The position numbers were made by a program, and so were the translations under genes. This document shows positions 40,974 through 49,944 of a DNA stretch of 64,000 nucleotides, piece by piece. The stretch is taken from IMG/VR virus record IMGVR_UViG_3300027974_000021; one strand, given 5' to 3'. The notes beneath the pieces were generated by a model. That model did no database searches. It worked only from the letters and a program-made list of their open reading frames with translations, and was not told the DNA's origin. Position 1 is the stretch's first letter. Every line of letters starts with the position of its first letter. The DNA is from a virus.

Positions 40974-41675
40974 ATGAAACTAAGTAAAGAAACACTTGCG
41001 ATTATGAAAAACTTCGCAGGTATTAATGCCAATCTAATGTTAAAGAATGGTAATAAAATATCAACAATATCGCCAGCAAAAAGTGTAATGGCTGTGGCAC
41101 AAATTTCAGAGAACTTGCCAATTAATGGTTCTGGGAATTTTGGTATATATGAATTAAACGATTTTCTATCAGCTTACACATTAATGGAAGATCCAGATTT
41201 AACATTTGCTGATAATTTTTGCATGATTTCTAAAGGTCATCAAAAAATTAAATTCTATTCAGCAGCAAGTGAAATGCTACTTGTTCCATCAAAAGAAAGT
41301 TTGCCTGTTTCTGATGATGTATCTTTTAATTTAAGAGCAGCAGATTTAGATATTATTTCAAAGTCAGCAGCAGTTTTAAAAGTAAGTGACATATCAATCG
41401 TATCAAAAGATGGTAAAGTAAGTGTTGAAGTTGCTGATAAAAAAGCACAACAAGCTGCAAAATCAGGACAATCAACAGCTAATACTTTTAATCTAGATAT
41501 TGGTACATCAGATAAAGAGTTTAAAGTGAATATGAAAGTTGATAATTTACAAAAAATTGTACTTACAGATTATGTAGTGACAGTTGATAGCAAAAAACTA
41601 TCTAAGTTTTCAGCAACTAAAGGTTCGCTAGTATATTACATCGCAATCGAATCTGATTCTGTAATCGGCAAATAA
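40974..41675 (+). CDS. gp45: Sliding clamp
   Basis: MKLSKETL..MKNFA.IN, FGIYELN.FL, YYIAIE; SD AGGAG before ATG 40974. Confidence 0.92.
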   Translation: MKLSKETLAIMKNFAGINANLMLKNGNKISTISPAKSVMAVAQISENLPINGSGNFGIYELNDFLSAYTLMEDPDLTFADNFCMISKGHQKIKFYSAASEMLLVPSKESLPVSDDVSFNLRAADLDIISKSAAVLKVSDISIVSKDGKVSVEVADKKAQQAAKSGQSTANTFNLDIGTSDKEFKVNMKVDNLQKIVLTDYVVTVDSKKLSKFSATKGSLVYYIAIESDSVIGK

Positions 41676-41717
41676 TTTAATGGGAGGAATACTCCCATTA
41701 TACAACTATATTATATT

Positions 41718-42227
41718 ATGAATAAAGCGACTCTTAAAAAATTAATTCCTGTTTATATAGATCATAACAATAAATTTCATAAAATTAAAGATTATTTTGT
41801 TCATGAAGATACTGGTGATGTTTGGTCTTTTAAATGGAGAAGATATATGAAACTTAAACCTCCTATATGTAAAAATAAACCAAAATCATCACGAGATCTT
41901 TATCCTTATTTGTCTATTCATAATAAAAAAATATTTAAAAATCTTGCTGGCACAAGAAAAACTATGGATATTCATAAAATTGTTAAAACTTCTTTAATTT
42001 TTCATTACAATACTCTCGCAAAAGAACTTATAAAAGTTTATAAGCATATACAAAAAAAAGATTTATCACTATTACCAAAATCAATCCAAGAACAATTATA
42101 TAGAGGATTAATAGTGAATCATATAGACCACAATAAACGAAATTACAATCCAAAAAACCTTGAATTAGAATCTTTTCAAGGTAATGCAGTTAAATATCAA
42201 AAACATAAAAAACAAAAAGCACTATGA
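41718..42227 (+). mobile_element. Free-standing HNH homing endonuclease gene
   Basis: VNHIDHNKRNYNPKNLE HNH motif, NUMOD4-like Y.V...G.VWS; inserted between gp45 and gp44. Confidence 0.75.
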
Positions 42228-43177
42228 TAAACACATCTGAAAACCAATTTGTTTGGGTTGAGAAGTATCGCCCTCGCACAATAAACGAATGTATTTTACC
42301 TAAAAAATTTAAACTTACATTAAAGTCTTTCATTAAAGGAGGACAGATACCACACTTTCTATTTTATGGTACAGCAGGAGTTGGTAAAACTACTGTGGCT
42401 CGTGCACTATGTGATGAAATTGGTGCTGAGTATATAATCATAAATGGTTCTGAAGAGGGTCGTATGATTGACACTCTAAGAGTGAAGATTAAAGGATTCG
42501 CTTCAACTGTATCTTTGACTGCAGCAAAAAAAGTAATTATTCTAGATGAAGCTGATTATATGACTCCGAATATAATGCAACCAGCTTTACGAGCATTTAT
42601 AGAAGAATTTTCTTCTAATTGTAGATTTATACTTACTTGTAATTTTAAGAATAAAATTATTGATCCGATTAAATCAAGATGTTCTGTAGTTGACTTTAAA
42701 ATACCAAATGATGAGAGAGCAGTTATTGCTACTGATTTTTTCAATAGAGTTGTTGAGATCCTGGAAAAAGAAAATATAAAATACGATAAGAAAGTAGTCG
42801 CTACTCTTATACAAAAGTTCTTTCCTGACTTTAGAAAAACATTAAACGAACTACAAAGATATTCGGTAGGTGGTACTATCGACACAGGAGTTCTTGTGGG
42901 GGTATCAGATGAGTCTTACACACACTTATTTAAATATTTAAAGAATAAAGAGTGGGATAAAATGCGTGAGTGGATTGATCTTAATTCAGACATTGATACT
43001 ACAAATTTATTCTCAGAAATATTTGAAAAATGCCAACCAGCAATTGAAAAGAATTCAATACCAGAGTTGGTGTTAATACTAGCAGATTATCAATACAAGT
43101 CAGCTTTCGTAGCAGATGCGAATATTAATAAGATTGCTGCAATGACAGAGATAATGAAAAAATGTCAGTGGAAGTAA
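42224..43177 (+). CDS. gp44: Clamp loader large subunit
   Basis: WVEKYRP, GTAGVGKT, ILDEAD, SRC. Confidence 0.94.
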   Translation: MINTSENQFVWVEKYRPRTINECILPKKFKLTLKSFIKGGQIPHFLFYGTAGVGKTTVARALCDEIGAEYIIINGSEEGRMIDTLRVKIKGFASTVSLTAAKKVIILDEADYMTPNIMQPALRAFIEEFSSNCRFILTCNFKNKIIDPIKSRCSVVDFKIPNDERAVIATDFFNRVVEILEKENIKYDKKVVATLIQKFFPDFRKTLNELQRYSVGGTIDTGVLVGVSDESYTHLFKYLKNKEWDKMREWIDLNSDIDTTNLFSEIFEKCQPAIEKNSIPELVLILADYQYKSAFVADANINKIAAMTEIMKKCQWK

Positions 43178-43572
43178 AAAAGTATAAAACAAATCCATTT
43201 AAGTTCGTCACAGCTATCAATTACAGTAAAGAAAACCTACATGAAACAGAGACTTTCGAAGAAGATTATTTGCCTTATATTATTAATAGATCTCTCTCTA
43301 TGTTTCCAGATACAGTCCAAATAGCTAATGAAATCAACATTTTGCACTATGTTCCAAAGAAGTGGCAATTTCTGTTTTACCTAAATATAGTCGCTAAGAA
43401 GAAAAGATATTCGAATAAAAAGTGGGCAAAAAAATCTAAAGATTCTAATGAACCTTTTATTATGGAATATTATAACGTTTCTGCTCAAAAAGCAAAAGAG
43501 ATATTATCCCTTTTAAAACCAGAGCAGATTGAAATTATTAAATCAAAATTTTATAAAGGTGGCATACAATGA
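43162..43572 (+). CDS. gp62: Clamp loader small subunit
   Basis: Y.PYIINRSLS.F.DT...ANE.N, YYNVS..KA, KGG end. Confidence 0.88.
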   Translation: MSVEVKKYKTNPFKFVTAINYSKENLHETETFEEDYLPYIINRSLSMFPDTVQIANEINILHYVPKKWQFLFYLNIVAKKKRYSNKKWAKKSKDSNEPFIMEYYNVSAQKAKEILSLLKPEQIEIIKSKFYKGGIQ

Positions 43573-44036
43573 GTGAAGTTGAAAATAAACAAGAATCATT
43601 AGAGACTGTAAAAGAAGATTCAAATAAGTCTGTTCCATATGCATGGAGTCCAGACAAAATGTTAGAAGTTTTTCTGATCGAACCAGATAACTTTTTAAAA
43701 ATTAGAGAAACATTAACACGTATCGGTATCGCAAGTCGTACTGATAAAAAACTATATCAATCTTGTCATATATTACATAAACAAGGAAGATATTTTATCG
43801 TTCATTTTAAAGAATTATTCTCTTTAGATGGAAAAGAATCTAATATTACTACAAACGATATTGAAAGAAGAAATACAATAGCTGTATTATTGGCTGATTG
43901 GGGATTATTAAAAATTAAAGATCTTGCCCAAATTTCATCAAAAGCTTCTTTAAGTCAAATCAAAGTTTTAGCACATAAAGACAAAGCAGGTTGGGAACTT
44001 GTGGCTAAATATAATATTGGAAAAAGAGCAAAATAA
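43569..44036 (+). CDS. regA: Translational repressor
   Basis: FLKIRETLTRIGIA, LYQSCHILHKQGRYFIVHFKELF. Confidence 0.95.
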   Translation: MSEVENKQESLETVKEDSNKSVPYAWSPDKMLEVFLIEPDNFLKIRETLTRIGIASRTDKKLYQSCHILHKQGRYFIVHFKELFSLDGKESNITTNDIERRNTIAVLLADWGLLKIKDLAQISSKASLSQIKVLAHKDKAGWELVAKYNIGKRAK

Positions 44037-44192
44037 ATGTTTTATATTTGGCATACTTTATTAGTAGTTGCTTTTATAGTTATGGCATTCTTTATGGGTC
44101 TTATTTTAGGTAAGAAAATAGACTCAAAGACACGAAATTTAAGCTTATTGAATAAAAAAAAAGATAATAAATTCAATAACTTGAATAAATAA
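44037..44192 (+). CDS. Small membrane protein (51 aa, not in track)
   Basis: MFYIWHTLLVVAFIVMAFFMGLILGKK; starts right after regA stop. Confidence 0.5.
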   Translation: MFYIWHTLLVVAFIVMAFFMGLILGKKIDSKTRNLSLLNKKKDNKFNNLNK

Positions 44193-44240
44193 TATTGTAT
44201 AGGTACTAGTAATTTTAAAAATAATACCTATATAATAGTG

Positions 44241-44338
44241 TATATTCGATCGTTGTATCGAGTATAACATACCTGATTGTTCCAATAGTGGAAAGTCAGC
44301 AGTAAATAATAACCTTGCTTTCACAGGAGGATATAATG
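44241..44338 (+). ncRNA. ROSE-like RNA thermometer (cis-regulatory 5' UTR)
   Basis: Two upstream hairpins plus CCUU-G-CU / AGGAGG SD-sequestering stem with bulged G, ahead of an hsp20 operon. Confidence 0.65.
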
Positions 44339-44539
44339 ATAGCAAACATAAACCAAGCGATTGACACTCTGTCAAACGCACAAAAGTCTTTAGTAGAAAC
44401 TTTTATTAAAGATTCAAAAGTAGCAGAACCAGTAAATACAATTATTGATGCTACTCAAACTTTTAGCAAAACATTAGCAAAATCATTCGTCAACTTAACA
44501 GAGACATTTGTTGCGAACGTTAGCAAAGGAGGAAAGTAA
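44336..44539 (+). CDS. Small amphipathic helical protein (67 aa)
   Basis: ATG 5 nt after AGGAGG; TAATG overlap with hsp20. Confidence 0.6.
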   Translation: MIANINQAIDTLSNAQKSLVETFIKDSKVAEPVNTIIDATQTFSKTLAKSFVNLTETFVANVSKGGK

Positions 44540-44985
44540 TGACTAGACTTCCTACTTTTTTTAACGATGCGTTCAAAGACTTTGATAAGTTTTTCGTAGG
44601 TTTCGATGACCAATTGGCACGATTCCACGATATACACGAGTCATTTGGCAAAATGATACCAAACTACCCACCATACAACTTAAAAAAAGTTGACGAAAAC
44701 AAATATGTTATCGAAGTGGCTGTAGCTGGTTTTGCGAGATCAGATATTGAAATCACACTAGAAGATGACAAATTAGTTATCAAAGGTGAGTCAAAGTCTG
44801 ATGAATCAAAATCAAAAGATGTTGATCTATACAAAGGTATAGCAAATCGTGCTTTCGAAAGATCGTTTGCACTGTCTGAGAATATCGAAGTAAAAGATGC
44901 TCAATATCTAAATGGTATGTTAAAAGTTATTCTTGAAAGAATAATCCCAGAACATAAAAAACCAAAAAAAATAGAAGTAAAATAA
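44539..44985 (+). CDS. hsp20: Small heat-shock protein (IbpA-like)
   Basis: NYPPYN, IEVAVAGF, KGIANRAFERSF, NGML, IPEHKKPKKIEV. Confidence 0.93.
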   Translation: MTRLPTFFNDAFKDFDKFFVGFDDQLARFHDIHESFGKMIPNYPPYNLKKVDENKYVIEVAVAGFARSDIEITLEDDKLVIKGESKSDESKSKDVDLYKGIANRAFERSFALSENIEVKDAQYLNGMLKVILERIIPEHKKPKKIEVK

Positions 44986-44996
44986 TCTATTTAAAA

Positions 44997-45026
44997 GATT
45001 GGTGGAGTTTAATTATTCCACCAATC
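44997..45026 (+). terminator. Hairpin after hsp20
   Basis: GATTGGTGGAG / TTCCACCAATC stem. Confidence 0.65.
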
Positions 45027-45053
45027 AAAAATACATTTAAAGAGAAAAATAAA

Positions 45054-45218
45054 ATGACACCTTATAACATATGTGAAAACAAATGGATAAGTAAAGCTAA
45101 AAAAGAAATAAAAAATAATTATAAAGAATATCAACCTATATATGAAATATTTGTAGGCATATCATTACTTATAATTTTTATTTTAGCAATACTTACTGCA
45201 TTAAGTAGTTTTCTATAA
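45054..45218 (+). CDS. Small membrane protein (54 aa, not in track)
   Basis: MTPYNICENKW...IFVGISLLIIFILAILTALSSFL. Confidence 0.45.
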   Translation: MTPYNICENKWISKAKKEIKNNYKEYQPIYEIFVGISLLIIFILAILTALSSFL

Positions 45219-45221
45219 AAT

Positions 45222-45401
45222 ATGAACAATCTTAATAGAGATTGTATTAATCACCTTAATTGTTTAGGCATTCCTTGTTGTTTGCTTAAACAATGCAAGT
45301 GCGAAGAACCATTCACTTTGCAGAAACATATATCCACACCCGATACACCTATCAAAACTCCATCAGAATTACTCCAGGATGAATTGGAGCCGATTCTCTA
45401 A
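45222..45401 (+). CDS. Small Cys-rich protein (59 aa, not in track)
   Basis: DCINHLNCLGIPCCLLKQCKC; fills gap exactly up to next promoter. Confidence 0.4.
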   Translation: MNNLNRDCINHLNCLGIPCCLLKQCKCEEPFTLQKHISTPDTPIKTPSELLQDELEPIL

Positions 45402-45404
45402 ACC

Positions 45405-45433
45405 TTTACATACAAGTATTTTTATAATATAAT
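45405..45433 (+). promoter_or_regulatory. Early promoter
   Basis: TTTACA-N17-TATAAT. Confidence 0.75.
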
Positions 45434-45440
45434 ATAGTCT

Positions 45441-45761
45441 ATGAATCAAAATAATCCACAAGTTAAAATAATCGTATTGTTAAATGGTCAACATATGATT
45501 GGTAAAGTAATTAAAGAAGATGAAAAGGAACTTACTATTGAAGCACCTGCTGTTATATTAACAGGTGAAGATGGTAAGGAACAAAAAAGAATGTCATTAG
45601 CATTCGCACCATTTCTTCCATTCTCATCAGATAAAGTATTTACTTTTAGATCAGATATGATATTAACAACATCAATTCCAGCAGAAGCATTAACTAACGA
45701 ATATAATCGTATGTTTGGCTCTGGTTTGGATATTATAACAAAACCATCTTTAATCGTATAA
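45441..45761 (+). CDS. Conserved T4-like hypothetical (Sm-like)
   Basis: IIVLLNGQHMIG, FAPFLPFS, Y.RMFGSGL motifs. Confidence 0.6.
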   Translation: MNQNNPQVKIIVLLNGQHMIGKVIKEDEKELTIEAPAVILTGEDGKEQKRMSLAFAPFLPFSSDKVFTFRSDMILTTSIPAEALTNEYNRMFGSGLDIITKPSLIV

Positions 45762-45771
45762 TTAAAGAAAC

Positions 45772-45800
45772 TTTACTTCCAAGAAATTTTATAGTATAAT
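45772..45800 (+). promoter_or_regulatory. Early promoter
   Basis: TTTACT-N17-TATAAT. Confidence 0.75.
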
Positions 45801-45854
45801 ATATGGTAGTAAAGTAAAAATAAACAATATAGTACAACAAGGAGTAAATATATA

Positions 45855-46205
45855 ATGACTATACTAAAAAGAATGTTCGGTAGAAAATCTTCTGCAAGAA
45901 GTGTAAAACCAACATTATCGAAAAAAGCGAAAGTGTTAAACCTTTTATCAAAAGGTGAAAACATTGCATGGAAAACAATCAGAGATAGATTTGATCTAGA
46001 ATCTCCAAGAGCGATGATTGACACATTAAGAGCAGAAGGTCATATGATTTATGGCAATAAAGTTGCTGGTAAAACATATTACAGACTAGGAGCACCAACA
46101 AGAGCAATTATTGCTGCTGGTATTCAAGCTTTATATGGTACAAAATTCAAATATTCTAATTGGAAAAATCCAGTAAGAAAATCTGAATTGTCACCAATTA
46201 ACTAA
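45855..46205 (+). CDS. Winged-helix DNA-binding-like protein
   Basis: KVLNLL..G.......I..RF....PRAMI..LRAEG..IY....YRLG.P; SD AGGAG. Confidence 0.6.
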   Translation: MTILKRMFGRKSSARSVKPTLSKKAKVLNLLSKGENIAWKTIRDRFDLESPRAMIDTLRAEGHMIYGNKVAGKTYYRLGAPTRAIIAAGIQALYGTKFKYSNWKNPVRKSELSPIN

Positions 46206-46360
46206 TTAAAGAATTTACTGAGAGGGCTAAATCCTTGCCAGTAAATAGTGGTGTGCCTTTATCTTCTTCTTCTTAGAATTGAAGAAATTTGTTATGTGCC
46301 TTCAAATGTGGCACACCACTCTTAATAAAAAGGTTGCGATATATTCGCGAGAAAAAATAA

Positions 46361-48865
46361 ATGAATTCTAAAATAGGTACAAATTTTTACACTAACGTTT
46401 CCACTACAGCCAACGATGTGCTCGTTCGAGCAGTCACTGATGTTGGTACTCGAATCCAAGAACGAATCCCTTTTAAACCACACTGTTATATTACCAAAGG
46501 AACTGGTGATACACCCTACAAAACACTAGACGGAAAACCTTGTTATAGAGTTAATTTTGACTCTATGAAACACGCAAGAACATTTTTTGAAGAATTTAAA
46601 ACAATCTCTAATTTTGACGTGCATGGAATGCTTTCATTCACTCATCAATATATTAATCAAGCATATCCTGAAGCAAGTTTAGATTTTGATTATTACAAAA
46701 TAAGAATCTATTCTTTAGATATAGAAACAACAACTGAGAATGGTTTTCCAGACGTAAATAATCCAACTGAATCTATTATACTTCTTTCAGTACAAGACAT
46801 TCATACTAAAAAAATCATCACATGGGGATTAAAAAAATATACAGGAGAACGTACAGATGTTGAATATCGTGCTTTCCCTGATGAGAATGCTATGCTTGAT
46901 GATTTTATTAAGTGGTGGCATAAAAATTGTCCAGACATTATTACTGGTTGGAATGTAGGTGCATTTGATACAGTTTATCTTTATAAAAGAATTCAGATAT
47001 TGCTAGGTGATTATACTGCTAAGAAATTAAGTCCATGGTCTTTTATTTCATCTAAAACAGTTTCAGTAAGAAATAGACAAACAACATATATTGATTTTGA
47101 AGGAACATCTCTTTTAGATTATATGAGTTTGTATAAGAAATATACTTATACGAATAAAGAATCTTATAAGCTTGTTGATATAGCACAAGATGAATTAGGT
47201 GTGACTAAATTAGATCACAGTGAATATGCTTCATTTAAAGAATTTTATACAAAGAACTGGAATAAGTTTGTTGATTATAACATAAGAGATACTGAATTAA
47301 TTACTCAACTAGAAGATAAAATGCGTCTTTTAGAATTAATTGTCACTTTTGCATATAAAGCGAAAGTTAATTTTACTGACGTTTATTCTCAAGTAAGAAC
47401 TTGGGATATGATTATTCACAATCACCTTATACAGAAAAATATTATTATTCCACCTAAAAAACCAATAGGAAAAAGTCAACAATTTGAAGGAGCATATGTA
47501 AAAGATCCAATCTTAGGAATGCATAAATGGGTTGTTGGGTTTGACTTAACTTCACTTTATCCACATTTAATTATGCATTATAATATCTCACCAGAAACAA
47601 TTCAAAATAAAACTTACAAATCAGGAGTAGATCATTATCTAAACAATCCAGCTGAGTTTCAAGATGATGAAACTGTTGCTGTAAATGGTTCAGTTTATAC
47701 AAATAAAATTGAGGGAATGCTTCCTAATATTATGAATACTTTTTATGCTCAAAGAGATATTGCTAAAAAGAAATTAATAGAAGCTGAAAAACAATTTCAA
47801 ACAACCAAAGATCCTAAGCTTAAAAAAGTTATATCAAAATATAATAACGAACAAATGGCTTATAAGATCGCTCTGAATAGTGCTTATGGTGCGATAGGTA
47901 ATGAACATTTTAGATATTTCGACATACGTATGGCTGAAGCAATCACACTTGGTGGACAACTTGCCATAAAATGGATTCATAATAAGATGAATGATTATGT
48001 GAACAAAATTTTAAAAACAGAAAATAAAGATTATATTATTGCAGTTGATACAGATTCAATTTATGTAAATTTTGAAAAAATAGTAGAGAAAGCATTCTTA
48101 GATGTACCTGATAGAGCAAAGATTGTAGCATTTATAGATAAAATTTGTCAAGATAAAATAATACCATATATCAATACTTGTTATGATGAATTAGCAAAAC
48201 GTCATAATGCTAAGAATAAAATGATAATGAAACGAGAGAGTATTTCTGATAGAGCAATATGGACTGCTAAGAAAAGATATATTCTTTCAGTATTAGATCA
48301 AGAGGGTATTTCTTATAGTACACCAAAATTTAAAATAATGGGTTTAGAAATTGTTAAATCAAGTACACCTATGATTGTAAGGAAAAAGCTTAAAGATGCT
48401 CTTCCTATTATATTATATGGCAATCAATATGAATTATTTAATTTTATTAACAACTATAAAAAAGAATTTTATAGTTTAAGACCAGAACAGATTGCATTCC
48501 CTAGATCATGTCAAGGTATAAACGAATATGCTGATTCTGTAAAGATTTATAAACTATCAACACCAATGCATACTCGTGGTGCGTTAATGCATAATCATTT
48601 TGTAAATAAAATGAAACTAGCGAAGAAAATTGCTCTTATAAGAGAAAGTGATAAAATTAAATTCATACATCTTAAAACACCAAATCCTTTACAATCTACA
48701 AATGTAATTGCTTTTTTAGACACACTACCAAGTGAATTTAAAGTAGATCAATATATTGATTATGATACAATGTTTCAAAAAGTATTTTTAGATGCTTTAA
48801 AGTTGATTATTACACCATTGGGGTGGAAAACTGAAGAAACAAGTAGTTTAGAAAATTTCTTTTAA
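46361..48865 (+). CDS. gp43: Family B DNA polymerase
   Basis: DIETT exo, FDLTSLYP, KIALNSAYG, DTDS, KKRY; C-terminal SLENFF clamp peptide. Confidence 0.97.
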   Translation: MNSKIGTNFYTNVSTTANDVLVRAVTDVGTRIQERIPFKPHCYITKGTGDTPYKTLDGKPCYRVNFDSMKHARTFFEEFKTISNFDVHGMLSFTHQYINQAYPEASLDFDYYKIRIYSLDIETTTENGFPDVNNPTESIILLSVQDIHTKKIITWGLKKYTGERTDVEYRAFPDENAMLDDFIKWWHKNCPDIITGWNVGAFDTVYLYKRIQILLGDYTAKKLSPWSFISSKTVSVRNRQTTYIDFEGTSLLDYMSLYKKYTYTNKESYKLVDIAQDELGVTKLDHSEYASFKEFYTKNWNKFVDYNIRDTELITQLEDKMRLLELIVTFAYKAKVNFTDVYSQVRTWDMIIHNHLIQKNIIIPPKKPIGKSQQFEGAYVKDPILGMHKWVVGFDLTSLYPHLIMHYNISPETIQNKTYKSGVDHYLNNPAEFQDDETVAVNGSVYTNKIEGMLPNIMNTFYAQRDIAKKKLIEAEKQFQTTKDPKLKKVISKYNNEQMAYKIALNSAYGAIGNEHFRYFDIRMAEAITLGGQLAIKWIHNKMNDYVNKILKTENKDYIIAVDTDSIYVNFEKIVEKAFLDVPDRAKIVAFIDKICQDKIIPYINTCYDELAKRHNAKNKMIMKRESISDRAIWTAKKRYILSVLDQEGISYSTPKFKIMGLEIVKSSTPMIVRKKLKDALPIILYGNQYELFNFINNYKKEFYSLRPEQIAFPRSCQGINEYADSVKIYKLSTPMHTRGALMHNHFVNKMKLAKKIALIRESDKIKFIHLKTPNPLQSTNVIAFLDTLPSEFKVDQYIDYDTMFQKVFLDALKLIITPLGWKTEETSSLENFF

Positions 48866-48866
48866 A

Positions 48867-48935
48867 TAAGCCATTGATTTTATTAACTTTTTTCTTTACA
48901 GAAAGCTTTACTTTTAATAAGAAATATGGTATAAT
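48867..48935 (+). promoter_or_regulatory. IHF-like site plus early promoter
   Basis: Minus strand A6-N8-AATCAA-TGGC-TTA; TTTACT-N17-TATAAT. Confidence 0.65.
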
Positions 48936-48944
48936 ATAGGGTGT

Positions 48945-49160
48945 ATGAGTAATAAAAGTATATTAAAAACTGAAGATATATTAACTGCTATTGATGTGTG
49001 TTCAAATATATTAATAGACACATTAAAAGACGTTGAATATCTTGAAACTAAAAAAGCAGAGGGTGATCTTGCTGATAGTGAATATCAAGAATTACACTAT
49101 GCTCGTGGATATTCTGATGCTATTCGTACAACAATAAAATACTTAGAAACAATAAAATAA
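48945..49160 (+). CDS. Hypothetical protein
   Basis: 71-aa ORF after promoter. Confidence 0.5.
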   Translation: MSNKSILKTEDILTAIDVCSNILIDTLKDVEYLETKKAEGDLADSEYQELHYARGYSDAIRTTIKYLETIK

Positions 49161-49163
49161 ACT

Positions 49164-49709
49164 ATGAAATATATTGACACAGATCTACCAGTAAAAAAAA
49201 CTATCTTTAAACCAAATTACATAACTCGAAAAACAAATTTCAATAATGGAAACGAAGTATATATTCTTAATGTAGTTAATTCTGTTGAAGCTATTAACAA
49301 ATTATATGGTGAATTTACTTTAGTGACTGGTAGATATTCTGTATATGATACTGTATCTAAGACACATATAGCTGAATTAAAAACTAGAACCTTTGGTTTA
49401 TACGATGAACATAATGAAAAGAAATTACATCCATTTATATTAAAAGGGTTGATGATTGGAAAGAAAAAATATGACAATCTAATGAGGATTTCAAAACAAT
49501 TTAATAAACCAACTTTGTATATTAATCATTTACAAGGTGATCATTTAATTATTTTTAATTTAAATGAAATTGATCCTACAAAATTAAAATTAATTAATAT
49601 GAGAGTAAAAGATAAAACATCTCAACAAATTATAATGAAACCGAGTTATCTACTCAACTATACACTTGGATCGTTTTATATTAATCAATTAGAAACACAA
49701 TATGTTTAA
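49164..49709 (+). CDS. Putative PD-(D/E)xK nuclease
   Basis: YSVYD....IAELKTR, followed by KKYD.L motif. Confidence 0.5.
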   Translation: MKYIDTDLPVKKTIFKPNYITRKTNFNNGNEVYILNVVNSVEAINKLYGEFTLVTGRYSVYDTVSKTHIAELKTRTFGLYDEHNEKKLHPFILKGLMIGKKKYDNLMRISKQFNKPTLYINHLQGDHLIIFNLNEIDPTKLKLINMRVKDKTSQQIIMKPSYLLNYTLGSFYINQLETQYV

Positions 49710-49944
49710 ACTTATATTTAAAGTTTTATTAGTATTTTGTGTTATATTCACAATACATAGTTTGGCTCGTAAGAATCCAACCTATGATGCTGTAGTTTTA
49801 AATTTAATACCAAACAGCTGTGATCGTGAATGTAAGAAAAAACTATTTGAAGCTGAGATGGAAGATTCAATGCAACAAATGGCAAAAAGTATAATGAGTG
49901 AGTTGTTATATCAAACAAAACAAATAACTAAGGATAGACAATAA
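49702..49944 (+). CDS. Hypothetical membrane/exported protein
   Basis: N-terminal hydrophobic helix, CxxxC. Confidence 0.5.
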   Translation: MFKLIFKVLLVFCVIFTIHSLARKNPTYDAVVLNLIPNSCDRECKKKLFEAEMEDSMQQMAKSIMSELLYQTKQITKDRQ

